The translations under genes were made by a program, and so were the position numbers. This document shows positions 39,351-52,254 of a DNA stretch of 64,000 bases, piece by piece (within the stretch, counting starts at the first letter, position 1; the number at the start of each line of letters is the position of its first letter). The notes beneath the pieces are model-generated. The model did no database searches, was not told the DNA's origin, and saw nothing but the letters and a program-made list of their open reading frames with translations. Source of the DNA: Lepidodermella squamata (taxonomy: Eukaryota > Animalia > Gastrotricha). Where the stretch lies: NCBI GenBank assembly GCA_047495785.1, contig JBLDXI010000020.1:2604001-2668000 (forward strand), given 5' to 3'.

Positions 39351-42300
39351 TCATGAGCTCTTCATCAAAGGTTGACGCCATTCCATCCGAAGTTTGGCTG
39401 CTGATGACAATTCTGGGGACAGGCGGTTTCTTTTAAAAAATTGAAATAAATCAGAATTAAGTAATAAACTATTTTTTCTCACTCTTTTTGTGAAAATCGA
39501 TCCCAATTTGAGGTCAATAAGGGACACGCTTTTATGCTCGCTAATTGTACCACTTTTCAATTTCGCATCGGCCAATCGCATCGCTTTTCTCTCGGACCGC
39601 TATACAGATGAATGTATTGAATATTGAAAAGGAGGAATTTCAATAAATTTATACCTCAAGTTGCTGCATCAAACAAGCGACGACTAGATTAACCAAGAAA
39701 AATTGAGTGACCGCGAAAAATGACGTGAAATAAATCGGCGCCAGGGTTGTAATTAACGCCTCGTCATTTCGATCTTTATTGACCCTCGCCTCAGGATCCT
39801 TCGCGAAATCGTTCGCATCTTCGAGCACACTTTTCCAATCATCGCCTGTCGACACGCGAAACAGCGTGAGAACAGCCATGCCGAAATTTTGAAAATTCGC
39901 GTGGCGAGAAATTCCATCGCAATGATTTTCCGGGCACTGAAGATTCCCTAACAATTCCACGCCCAGAGTTGCGTAGATGAAGAAAATCAGGCCGAATAAC
40001 ATTGCCATATTGCCAACCTGCGGCAAAATCTGGCGCAGAGTGTTTAAAAGCGATTGAACGCCCTTTGCGACTTTCAGCAATTTCAATATTCGGAAAACTC
40101 GAATTATTCGAACGACTCGAAGAATTCCAGGGTCTAATGCGAACGATTTGTAATCATCGACTAGCTTTTCGAAAGCAATCTGTCCCAAGCTGGAGATAAC
40201 AACGAAAAAATCGAGCCGGTTCCAGGAGTTGCGGAAATATTGGCGAGGTCCGTACGCAATCAGGCGTAAAATTGAGTCGAGTGTGAAAATTATTGTGAAT
40301 ACGAGATCGGTTAGTTTGAGAGCTTCGAAACTTTCCCTCGGCATTTGGTAATATTCGGCTGCCATGACAAAAATATTCGCGATTATCAAAATCGCATTTA
40401 TAAGATCGAGGAAGATGCTTTCGCAAATTCTTATAAGAAATTTTTGCCATTTCGGGTAATTTTTTGCTCGAATTTCCTGAATTTTAGGTTCGATTTTTAA
40501 CTCGGTATGTCGACCAGGAGACGTCATCGTGGTGAGGGTTGAGCTTGTATCACCGGCTAGTTGTCCCCTCATGTGGTTGTAGTTATTGACTATCACGCCC
40601 ATGAACATTTCAACCATGCAAAAACCGATAATTAGGATGAAAGACAGGAAGAATAGGATGCGCCAGGGTGCGTAATTTCGAACAGGCTGGAATGGAAATT
40701 AACAAAAAAATTCAAATGATTTTCACAAAAATACCTGTAAATCCATGTCGACGCAATTTAGGCCATTTTGAGCAATGTCAACCCATCCGTCGAATGTTGC
40801 GACAATCTTCGAAATTAAAAAAAATAATAAAATAAAAGTGTTCAAGACAACTTACTGTCAATGCTGATAATGCCTGGAAAAAGTCGTCGAAATTGTACTC
40901 TTCACGTTTCCATTCTAAACCATCGATCGATAGGCAATCACTTCGATTTTTTACCATCTCCAATTGCGATTCCAAGTAATGTTTCGAATGATTTGAGTGA
41001 TTTTTCGAATTTTCTTCACTGATCGCACATTCGTGGTAACAGCCTCGGAGTAGCTGAAGGCCCAATACCGCAAACGTCACCAGAAAAATTCCGCAAATTA
41101 TGAAAATATTTCCAATCGATTTCATCGAAACAGCCAAAGTGCTCGAAACGGATTTCAACGCTAAGAATGAAAATTAAAAAAAAAATTAATTATAGAGAAA
41201 TTTAATAATAAATCAATTAATATTTTCAATTAATCAAATTTTAATTAAACAAAAATTTACCAGGCGTTTTGTTAATGGCTCGAAGGGGTTTGAACGCTTT
41301 CAACAGCCTCAAAGCTCTCAGGACTCGAAAAATCGAATTTCCCTCGCCATCTTTCAATTCAATCAAATCAATTGTAATATCAAGAATTGAGACGAGGACA
41401 AGCAGAAAATCGACGCAATTCCAAACATTTCGCAAGTAAGAACCCGGGCCTTGAACAAAACCAAGCGCAATGATTTTGATGAGACATTCGAGCAGAAAAA
41501 TTCCGGCGAAAAAGTAGTTAGCCGAATCGAGGCATATCCTTTCGATACTGCCGTTTTCAATCGAAGGTCTCTCCAAGGCCAAAGCGAGGCAACTCAAAGC
41601 AACGATAGCCAGCATGACGTCATCGTACTTCGGGGTCGAAATCAGCCAAGCGAGAAATTCTCGCAATCGATTGTCCCTCGCGAATAGATACAAAGAATAA
41701 TCTTTTCTAGGGTCACATGTCGAGTTCTTAGTCGACTCTTTATCAGCAAGATTTTCTTGAATAATCCACTGCTCCTTTTTCAACTTGTTCCAATTTCTTA
41801 ATCTCGCGAATTTAGTTCGCATTCGTATTGACCAAGGAATTTTTTTCGGCATATCTATATCGACATCGATATCGTCCGGGAAAGGCGGCGGCGGGGCAGT
41901 TTTGATTTCATGGCTCCGAGTCGAGAAGAAAGAAATCGTCTCACTGTGCAGCGAAGCGTTTCGGTTGCTAGCGAACGAAAAGTGGGACATGGTTGGCGAT
42001 CGAGTTATCGAGGTCAAATCTGAGAGTGAAGACGATCGGCAACTAACTCCGTCGTCAATCGATTGGAAACTTTTCCGGTAATTTTTCCCAGGTAATCTCG
42101 GGCTTAATTCCAGCCCCCTTTGCAGTCTACGCTGAGCATTTCGATTGTAGATATTAGGGCTATTCCTAGCCCGTACCATTTGCCGGCGGCTGTGGCGAAA
42201 ATTAGCCATGTGAGGGGTTGAAATTGGTTGAAGCTCAACGGCCATTTTGTAGGACGAAAGTGATGTTAAATCTCCGTCTGGGTTGGAAATTTTGCCGCAA

Positions 42301-45300
42301 GTGCTTGGGGGCCGGCTTAGGATTACGACTGGATGGCGGCGGATAGCACGGCTATAGGATTGCCGCCTTTTCCGCTGAATCCTTGGTCCAATTGTTTCTT
42401 TCTTTTGCCAAGCCTAGAAAATAATCAAAAAGCTCCCATTATAAGTAATTAAAGGAAAATTTCTAACAGATGCTAAGGAGAGGAATCTCATTGCTTTGGC
42501 AACAGGAATAGCTTTGTTTTGAAATTTCTTGCCAGTTGGAGACGAACCGACGTCAATTATAGCTGAAAATTGACATTTTTTGAAAATTTTACGAATTTTT
42601 ATTCATTTACCAAGCAGCATGCTTAAGATGACGTAGTTGCCGAACATGAGCAGGAAAACGAAATACACCGCAGGCCAGTAAGATGAAGCTGATTTCATGG
42701 CTTGCCTCAAAGGATCCGTCCAATCGTCATCTTGGGTTAGGATCCTTAAAACAGTCATCAGTGACGCTAGCATTGAATCGAAATATTGAGGCCGATCTTT
42801 GTCGCATTCATGGTTATGAATTCGGCTTGAATTTAGCAATGTGAAGTTCGAATCCAATACTGGCAGGCACTTCAAATCACATCCGAATAGACTTATCCTT
42901 TGAAAATCAGGAAGGTTCAGCGTGAAGTTCCTTTCGGAAGGAAAAACATACCCTAAAACTACGAAAATGAATACGAATAGGCTGAAAAGTAGCAGGAAGG
43001 GCGTGATACTGTTCATTGTTCGATACATGGCCGTCAGTTGTTTTTGTAGAGTTGGCGAAAAACGAAGCATTTTAAATAGTCGAAGAAGCCTGAGGGTGCG
43101 GAGAACAGTCAGGCCTGTCGCGTTTCCGACACCACTTTGAGCCAACTCCACCAGGCTGAAGGGGAAAAAATTGAAAATTAAAAAAAATGAAGTTGAATTT
43201 TTCCTGTAATTTTGAACTACATGGTGCCCCAGAAGCTGCGCGACTACTTATTCAATAAGCAACCTTTTGTATATTTAATTATTTGTATATTGTTGTAAAT
43301 TAAAATTTAATTCAACAATTTAAAAAAATTGAATCTACCGAGAGAAAATTCCAACTTTTATCCGCGATTTAACCGAAGAAATAAATAATTTGCCGGAGAA
43401 ATCTCGGAAAACCCCGATGGTAACTGGTTCGGTAATTTTCGGTATTTTACCCGGTTGGACCTAATTTTCCGGACTTTTTTAATCCCATTAACAAGTGGCA
43501 TACTAGATTACTATCGGGTCTTCCTGTTACCGGAACCAAATTTAAAGTGAACGGAACCAAATTTGCTGCAGCGGAACCAAATTTTAGAATTTTCTAGTGG
43601 CCTGAAATCGCTTTTCGGATATTTATTGCATGTCAAAATTGGCCCCAATAATTCTAGAAAATTCACCAGTGAATTCAGCGCAACATTCTCTATAAGAATT
43701 AATACGCAGTGTTCAATTCAGAATTCATGCTTAGCCTAAAATTCTTAGAAATATTCAAAAAATGACTCTTGGCATATTTCGAGTTTGGTTCCGCAAAAAG
43801 CAAATTTGGTTCCGCTACAGCGTATTTGGTTCCGATACAGCAAATTTGGTTCCGCTCACTGTAAATTTGGTTCCGCTAAAAGATATTCCCATTACTATCC
43901 CCGTGATTTTTTTATTTTTTCTGAAATTTGTCTGGCCGTGAGATGTAACTTTGCTTCTCATTTCAGAGTTTCTGAACCCTTTTCCGTGTATTTGTTTTGC
44001 TTGCATTACTTATGGGACACGTAATACAAGCTTAGAATTATTTTTTTAATTAATTTTTTTATAGGTAGTACCGTATCTTCTAGATAGCCAATAATTCAAA
44101 ATGAGGTTCAGCTAGAAGTAAAATTAATTGACATTTTTTGTTAATTTTGAAAAATCGAGCCAACCTGATAATGACAACAACCAAATCGAGCATGTTGAAA
44201 CCATCTCGAATATATTCGACGAATCCAAAGGCAAACAGCTTTACAACGAGTTCCAACGTGAAAAGAGCCGTTAAAACAACGTTTGTAATATCAACGGCGT
44301 AGGTCAACCAATCCGGCTGCTGATAATGCTCGACCGCCATCGATATTGTACTGACAATGATTGCTAAGGCAATGAGGCCTTGAAAAATTTCTCCCAGAAG
44401 AATCCGCCTCAAATAAAGACGGTATTTCCGAAATGTTTGGCGGCAATTTATCTCCGGAATTTTTTCATTGTCCGAACTATTTTCGTCAAATTTTCCGCTT
44501 CTGTCGCTACAACAAGGCAGTTTTTTCTTCAAAAAATCGAACATCTCGTCGATGAGTAATGTGTAAAAACTTCGCGGGTCGTTCATTTTCGGCAGATTTT
44601 CGGCAGACGTCAAAATCAACTCTGGAGTATCAGCTCTCGGAAGCGCCATGGCGTTATTAACGTTAGATAACCAAGCGCCAACTGAAGATTGGCGTCGCAT
44701 TTTAGCCTCCTCAATATTTTCTTCCTCCTTAAAAAATTGAAAAAATTGAAATTCAGGAACCTAAAACCTAAAATTTTACAATTTTTTCAGCCAGGCGCCG
44801 TTTCGTTTGGGGAATTTGAACTGCTACGACGATGAAGGTCAAGTTTGAAACTCCAAAGTTGACGACCAGAACCAGTGTTACAAAGTAAGGCCAAACCCAA
44901 AACGAACTAATTAAAATTCATAACCAGATTTTCGGAATTTTTTTAGTTACCTGACATCTTGAACAGAGTACATAATTGAGCTCCAACCCTCGGGAGAAAC
45001 AGCCTGAAATTTTTTGTTTCAATTCAGAAATTATCGCGGTGAGTTTTATTACCTGGAAAATGGTAATGAAAGCTATGAAAATGTTGTCGAAACCGATTCC
45101 GCCGTCCATAGGATTGCTGTCACCGGCTTTGCAGAAATTATAAGAGGGGATCAGTCGAGAGCAGAGATGTTCTTTGTCCTCATTTTCCTCGAAAAGTTCA
45201 TGACACATCGATTCTTGGATTCTAATTTAAAATATTCAAACAAATTCAGAAAAATGTGAATAAATTTACTCATAATTAGGAATATCACTGCACTGGGAAT

Positions 45301-46514
45301 ATCCGCCGCATGTAAAATCTGGAAATGAAGGCGTCACGTAAATCCTAGGCATTTCGATCGATTTTTGATGAGCCGAAGTTTTGTTTGATCGATTTGTATA
45401 GATTTGATAACTGATCAGATAATTGCGTTCGATTTCCAACATTTCAACGGTAAAACGGCTATCATTATGCAAATGTGACACTGGGGGTTGGAAAAAGCAT
45501 CGTTGCCGTAATAAACCGGCCCAAATTTGAACGCCAATAATGCCGAAAATGAAGTAGACGAACAGCAAGACGCCAATGATACTGCTCAAGGTAGGTAAAA
45601 TATCGGTTAGCAGTGTCACGAGCAATCTCAAGCCTGAAGAAATTTCGTTTTAATACATTTGAAAAATCGAGGAATTTATACTTGGAATTCGTTTTATTGC
45701 TCGGATGGGTCTCAAAATTCTGATGACCCGAATAAAGGTCCAATCGGTTGAATTCGAAGCACTATCGCTGCTTTGAAAGCTCAAATAATCAGCAAAACTA
45801 AATTAAGAAAATTGAAAAATTAAACAGATTAATCACGTAAAAAAAAATTACCTAGCTAAAACGATGAGAAAATCCAGCCGGTTCCAAACGTCGGCTAGGT
45901 ACGCGCCACGGTGACCAATTGCGCATTTGGACAGCATTTTTACGAGCATTTCGAAGAGGAAGAAAGCGCTAATGACCATATCGATGATTCTCAGGGCGCG
46001 ACATTTGGCCGTCCGGCACTGTCCGAACTTCATGTTATCTTCACACGGGTCGAAAGTTGCCATGGCAACGCAATTGATTGCTATCACAATTAGGCTGATC
46101 CTTTCAAACCACTTGAAAAAAATTGGATTATTTTTTATTTTATTTTCTCATTAAAAGGTTGACTTATCTCCAGTTGACGAGCTTTGTCGCATTTTTTCGA
46201 ATTATGTTAGTTTCTTTGAAGCAGAAGAAAGACTTGTTTGACGTTAGGATTTGGCAAAATTTATTTTCGAAGCAATTGCTCTCCACCCATCTCAAGGCTA
46301 CAGCTGTTGAGGTTGTTCTATGAGAAATTGCCTCAGATCCATGAAGGCTAGCTATTTCGAGCTTGTCCTTTGTCATATTTCGGAAAATATCTAAGTATTC
46401 TTTTGCACCTGGTTGAGGGTTTCGGTGCATTGCTATACGTGAGCCGGTAATATTAGTCGATATTTTTAGTGCGCCTTTTACGTTGAGGCCGCTGCTCATC
46501 GTAGGAGGGGTCAT
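39351..46514 (-). CDS. Divergent T-type voltage-gated channel alpha1 (Cav3 family)
   Basis: Four 6-TM repeats over many exons. Cav3-diagnostic segments [35 protein letters not shown], a gating-brake-like DPRSFYTLL, and [25 protein letters not shown]. All four S4 segments are intact. Pore loops SPEGW / TQDDDW / TFDGW / TGDDW. Confidence 0.9.
43220..44024. mobile_element. Family-B MITE copy in a Cav3 intron, interrupted by a nested insertion
   Basis: Degenerate TIR CATGGTGCCCCAGAAG... and ...ACTTATGGGACACG. The interior is collinear with 25403-25791. Confidence 0.75.
43516..43890. mobile_element. Foldback/MULE-like non-autonomous element nested in the MITE
   Basis: 9-bp TSD ATTACTATC (43507-15 and 43891-99), GGG...CCC termini, and subterminal ~20-bp repeats containing CGGAACCAAATTT (3 left, 5 inverted right). 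Confidence 0.85.
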
Positions 46515-47793
46515 CGATTATTGTTACTCGCATTTTTAATCATTAGCAGATTAATTATTCAAGTTTGACTGGTAGAAATGCATATAGGCTGGCCGTTCAA
46601 ATTTTTTGGATAATCGATCAAGAAAAATGATATCCGGAAATCGAACGAGATTCCTTGGAAATTTGATAATAATTATGACAATTAGCGGCGGAATAATGAA
46701 TAAAATACACTTCGCTGTCTCACAAAATTCAGTGTTAACATTTTTCAAAATATTTTCAACTGATGATGTGCAAATTTGAAGGTCCGAAAATTTCAACTCG
46801 AAAGCAAACTTTAACACTTCTCAAAGCCGAATTTTATTTGCAACAATAATTCAGAAATACTCCGATTCAATTTTCAGTACAAGTCGACCGCGCGTCAGAC
46901 AGGTAAATGTCTCTTTGTAGAGTTGGCCGAAAATAGATTTTGCACCCGCGTGAACCGGGAATGCAGCAAACAGAGTCTACAACAAACCATTATTCCCAGT
47001 TAAACGAACAATATGGCCATTGTTTTTATATCGTCCATTGTGCAGCTAGTAACTTTTGACTGCTTTTTATTTTTTAATTATTGTTCTTTACTTTTGAATA
47101 ACTTTTGAATAACTTAATTTCTTGGCTTGCTCTGTTCCCTGTGTCATCTCAGTGAAAATGAAAGAATTACATGAATGGCTCGAAAAATGAACTCTGCAAA
47201 ATAGATGAAGCTTAATGTTGATCAGCGAAGAGAGGTAGATTATTGCCATTTGTTTCTCAATTTTTTTATTTTATTGAAAACTCCCCATTTTTATTCATAA
47301 TAGTATCCCCAGGGTTTAGGGACTATGTCGGTTCAAAAATATAAAAATTAACGATTCCCAAAAATTAACTTTCGAATTTTTCAAAAATTTCGAGGTTGAA
47401 ATTTTAGTATAAGCCCGGGAACAAAAACGGTAACTTGTGATTTCCGTGGATTTTTAATTTTCTGATAAATGCATCAAGTTATCAAACTTCCTAGAGGTCC
47501 CTTATCCTTCACATTATCTCTACCTACTCAAATGTGACTATTCTCGAAAAGATAATATGTCTATTTTATTTACCTATTTATTTTCATCACATGCAGGGGG
47601 GTGCCATGTGCCATATGGCGGCTAATTTCATTCAGCTACCACGTGACTACTTCTCGCGTGGATAAACGCACTCTTGAGATGCAAATAAAAAGTGGGCTCG
47701 AATATTATTTGAAGACTTTTTTGACCGACTTTGCTTCATGGACAGATTTGAGATTTCGTCGACTTTTTTCTAGTTTTTTACGCATGAAAGAAA

Positions 47794-49506
47794 ATGGCTG
47801 TTTCCATTTACCTGCAAATTCTGCTAATAACGGGGATGGTTGTTCAGGCAACTACGTCATCTTACACCTCGCGTAAATTGGAAGAAATCAAAAGCAACAT
47901 GTCCCCCGACCTCGTCAAGCTGATTTCAACAACTAAATACGCTCTTTTCGTCGCTGATGTAGGATCTCGTTCCCACGCCAAGCCGATGATTGCCATTTCT
48001 CAAGAAATGATTAAACGCGGCCATCGAACAGCCATCGCCAGCGCCATGGAAGAGGCGAGAACATGGGCAAAACCAGGTCAATTTGGCAATTTTATCAAGC
48101 TGAAGTCGACCGAAGAATACCTCAACCCTGGTACTCATTCGAATCATACAAGCAAGGTCGCTACTGATCTCGTAAGGGGAAACCCTGAGGCTCCAGGTAA
48201 AATTAATTTTTCGGAAAAATTATTAAAAAATTTTAAAATTTTAGTTTTTGAATTGGTCGCAAAAATGCGCCTATTCATGCTGGCAAACTATTATGAGGGC
48301 GCATACCGCAGTTTGAAAGATGCTTGTGAGCAAGATCGGCCTGACATTCTCGTCTGTGATTGGATGTCCCTTTCCTGCCCGGACGTGGCCAATCTATTGA
48401 AAATCCCATTTGTGGCCACTGGCCCGAATTCAGCGTTGCCAATGTTGCCAAAAGTGCCGAGCTGGCTGCCGACCTTGTTCGCACCGAAAAGCCCATATGA
48501 AGCCACTTTTTTCGAACGACTCCACGCAAAATTCGTCATTTTACCGCAATTTCTCTACTACTTCAAACCGTATTTCTCCGGACTGGCGGCCGCGAGGCAA
48601 AAGTTGGGAATCGCCCAAGATGTTTCTTACAAAAACAAACATTTCTTCGTTCACAATTACTTCGGCTTCGAACACGCCCGCAGTTTATCGCCATTCATCC
48701 ACGAACTCGGCCCGATTGTCGAGCCTGATATCTATGAAATGGACAAGGATTTACTGAACTGGCTTAATCAAGCCCACGAGCGGAAAGAAAGCGTTGTCTA
48801 CGTCGCATTCGGCTCTGCTTTTGTTCCCACGGACGAAACGATGCAAGCTTTGATTAAAGGCATTCTTCTCTGCAATCAGCATCAGTCGAAAGTCAACCTT
48901 CTATGGTCGTACGGTTTGTCCGATCTTGATAAATCTGTACCGCAGGAGGTGAAGGGTTCTTCTAATCTTCGAATGGAAAAACGAGTTGCTCAAATCAAGG
49001 TGTTGAACCACCCAGCTGTTCATCTTTTTGTTAGCCACGGTGGAATGGAGAGCGTTCTCGAAGGCTTTTTAGCCGGGAAGCCAATTATTGTAAATCCTCT
49101 CTACGCTGATCAGCCGATGAATGCAATGCGGGCGAAAGAGCTCGGGGTGGCTGAAATCATCGAAAAAGGACCAGCCGACGCTGTTCAACGGCAAATGTGT
49201 GCCTATTCGAGTCAATTATTAACTCGTTTCCGAAGTACAGAAGAAACGTTGATGCAAAGTCTGGCGAAAACTGGCGCGGCGTTCTACTACAACGCGCAGA
49301 GGTTCGAACAGGCGGTGGATGTCATTGAAATGGAAATGGCAATTGGGTCAGATCACTTGCGCATGTTTGAAGATGAGGCTGCGTTCTACAGGATTTATGA
49401 CCTTGACCTTTACGCAGCGCTTTTATTGCCTGTTCTTGCAATTTTATTGCTTTTAAAGCGACGTTGCTGCAAAAGCAAAAACTCATCTAAATCAAAGAAA
49501 GAATAA
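47794..49506 (+). CDS. UDP-glycosyltransferase (GT1/UGT), ER-membrane type
   Basis: Signal peptide, catalytic His (GSRSH), UGT signature VAQIKVLNHPAVHLFVSHGGMESVLEG..PLYADQ, C-terminal TM and a Lys-rich ER-retrieval tail. One in-frame 48-nt intron at 48197-48244. Confidence 0.92.
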   Translation: MAVSIYLQILLITGMVVQATTSSYTSRKLEEIKSNMSPDLVKLISTTKYALFVADVGSRSHAKPMIAISQEMIKRGHRTAIASAMEEARTWAKPGQFGNFIKLKSTEEYLNPGTHSNHTSKVATDLVRGNPEAPGKINFSEKLLKNFKILVFELVAKMRLFMLANYYEGAYRSLKDACEQDRPDILVCDWMSLSCPDVANLLKIPFVATGPNSALPMLPKVPSWLPTLFAPKSPYEATFFERLHAKFVILPQFLYYFKPYFSGLAAARQKLGIAQDVSYKNKHFFVHNYFGFEHARSLSPFIHELGPIVEPDIYEMDKDLLNWLNQAHERKESVVYVAFGSAFVPTDETMQALIKGILLCNQHQSKVNLLWSYGLSDLDKSVPQEVKGSSNLRMEKRVAQIKVLNHPAVHLFVSHGGMESVLEGFLAGKPIIVNPLYADQPMNAMRAKELGVAEIIEKGPADAVQRQMCAYSSQLLTRFRSTEETLMQSLAKTGAAFYYNAQRFEQAVDVIEMEMAIGSDHLRMFEDEAAFYRIYDLDLYAALLLPVLAILLLLKRRCCKSKNSSKSKKE

Positions 49507-49527
49507 ATCTTCAGAATAAAAAATAGC

Positions 49528-50690
49528 AAGCAGCAGCGTGGATTTGTAAACTGCCCTGGGACTTGTATAAATTCAACCATTGTTAACGGTGTTCTCAAAA
49601 AAGCAAAAACCGACAAGTCGGATTGTGTGGTCGTATTTTTAGATCTCGCGAAACCTTACGATAATATAGGCTTTAAACACAATAGGAAAACGCTATATTC
49701 GCTACCGCAATCCCGACGCTTTCACGGCGATCCATCTTTTCCCTCTTATTCAGAAATTCGACACAGGTAGAATCCAATGGCTGAAAATCTAAATCTATCT
49801 GCTTCAATCGCGGTGTCATGCAGGGATTGCCGATATCCCCATCCGTGTTCGACTTATACATCGATTTTGTCATTAGAGAATTGGCTGACAAGAACATAAG
49901 TGATATGTATGGAATGTATGGATTCCAGATATGGAATTGCAGAGGACATGGACTCCGTGTCAGTTCTTAGCTTCGCCGATGACACCACTCCAATTGCTAT
50001 AATAGCCGCGAATCTGCATGCATTCTAGTCAGAATGGCAATCAATCTGTTTTCTGAAATCGGTTTGGACGTTAATGTTCGCAAATGCAAAGCCATGATCG
50101 TCGTTGAAATGGCGAATTGTCGACGGATCCATTGATAATAGACGAACAATTCCTGTTCTGCACCCTAACGAGACTATCAAATATCTTGGAGTAACATATG
50201 CTGACGAGTTGACGTTTGATCATTCTGAAGTTACCATTCAGGTCATGGGCGATTTGCAACGACTTGTTGATTGCTAAGTTCTACACCCCGACCAGAAGCT
50301 AAACATTATCAACCAATTCATTTGGCCTATGCTCATTTATACGCTTCAAAACGCTCCCTTACGAAAGCTGACAGCATCTTTCCTTCATCGCGTCGATATA
50401 GAGTTTCTTAGGGCAGTAAAGCAGAAATACCAGCAGCAACGCCAGCCTTTGACAGCAAAAGAGGCGCGATCTATACTTCGGTATCGGGCTTTCGAGAGTT
50501 GGTCCGAATTGCCTGAAAAAGGGCAAGGTGTAAGACTTTCCGGCTGGAAACGACTGGATCTCAAACAAAACTGGATTATCGACTTCGGAATGGACAACGG
50601 CCCTCAAATTCTTGACGAACTGTGCCGACGTTGCAGCAGCTCATGGTGGAAACAAGCCCCTCAACACTACCCGGTGTCGCTACGGTGATG
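49528..50690 (+). mobile_element. Decayed non-LTR retrotransposon RT (R2/NeSL-like, RLE type)
   Basis: Frame-shifted motifs QQRGF, VFLDLAKPYD, RGVMQGLPISP, LSFADD, YLGV, PDQKLNIINQFIWPMLIY and CRRC. Confidence 0.85.
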
Positions 50691-52254
50691 CCGAGAAAGC
50701 TTGGTTCAAAAGAAAGATTATTAGATTGGTCCAAGAACTCAATCAAAACGTAAATGCCAAAAAATGAGATATCGCCATTGCCAATTCGAAAAAAGATTTA
50801 AGTAACGCTTATAATTTTTTGCCTCACATTTTTTTAATAATTCCGTAATCATGAGGAATTATGCTGAGCGGGTTTCACCAGTCGATAGACCTAGTCTGTT
50901 GCAAACTTTCCTAAAATCCTCGTTAAATTGGATGAAATTTGGGAAATTGGCGACGAAAATGCTTCTTGTGATTTTTTGGAGAATTATTGGTAATTTTCAC
51001 CAATAATACGAGTGAAGCGAGGAATTTTTGAGGATTTTCCACTAGAAAGGCTCCGAAGCCTCCTTAAAATGAGGTTACAGCAGTCTTTTTCCAGGCGTTA
51101 CTTCGATTTTGGTTGTTACATTTGTTACATTCCAAAAAATTTGTTCGCTTTCGGGCTCGGTAACTACCAAAAAATCTTTTGTAACAACCAATCGGTTGCT
51201 TAAAAAAACCCTGCCTCACATCAAAAACAACTATTAGGAAAAAAACCTACGGCTCTCGAGGACGACCCAAGTAAGATGGGTCAAACTCGATTGAGATAAT
51301 AGTAGAATAGTAGTGGACTGGCACGCCACAGAATTAACGGCATTATAATAGAGATGAGTGGCAAACAACGGTTTCAGAATTGGAAAATTATGCAGTTTAT
51401 GGTAAGAGCAAATTGCTAACTGCTGGGGTGGGCGTTTTTCTTAAATTTTGCCTTCCTTCGCCTTCCACAAAACCCGAAAGTGTATAGACGCCATAGTCGC
51501 GTGGAAGTCAAAGAAAGCTGGTTTCCGCACCCGTGTATTCATTTTGCTAGCAGCAAACAAAGTCTACAACAAACAAGAAGTATTAGGCAGTATTAACGTT
51601 TAACGGAACAATAATAACGCCATTGTTTGTTGTACAGCTGGTACCTTCGGACTGCTGCTTTTTATTTCTATAATTATTGTTCTTTGCTGTTAAATAACTT
51701 CCTCTCTTAGCTGCTCTTAGGTCCTGAGTCATCGCACAGTAATTTCGATTTTTTTCCTAAAAAAGAAAGAAGTCGTGAATGGCAGGAAAAATGAACTATG
51801 CAGAATATAGAAGGAGCTTGATTTTGCACAGGCCAATAATCAGCTAAGAGTGGTTAGCTTCGCGACATATTTCTTGATAATTAAGCAAAAAGAGTAACTC
51901 CTGATTTCCATAGTTTTTTCATTTTCTGATAAAATTCAGCGTAGAAGTTATCCTTTGCTTTATCTTTCCCTACCTCATGGTGCTCCTAAAAATAATACTT
52001 AATTATCATTTACCCAGTTATTTATCATCACTTAGAGGGTGTCATATGCTATCACGTGACCTTTCTTCTCGCGTGTATAAACGCCATAGACATAATTCCT
52101 AAATTATGTTATAAACGCACTCTGAAGATACGACTCAAAAGAGGGCTTCAATATTATTTTCAATAATGAACTTTTTGACCGATTTTGGGCTTCTTGGGCA
52201 TATTTGAGGAGATTTCGTCGAGCTTTTTGTAGGTTTTTTTACGCATGAAGGATA

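Noticed and set aside
43530-43880. Regularly spaced CGGAACCAAATTT repeats resembling a CRISPR array
   Set aside because: The period is only ~20 bp, there are two inverted blocks bounded by a 9-bp TSD, and the site is a eukaryotic intron. These are transposon subterminal repeats.
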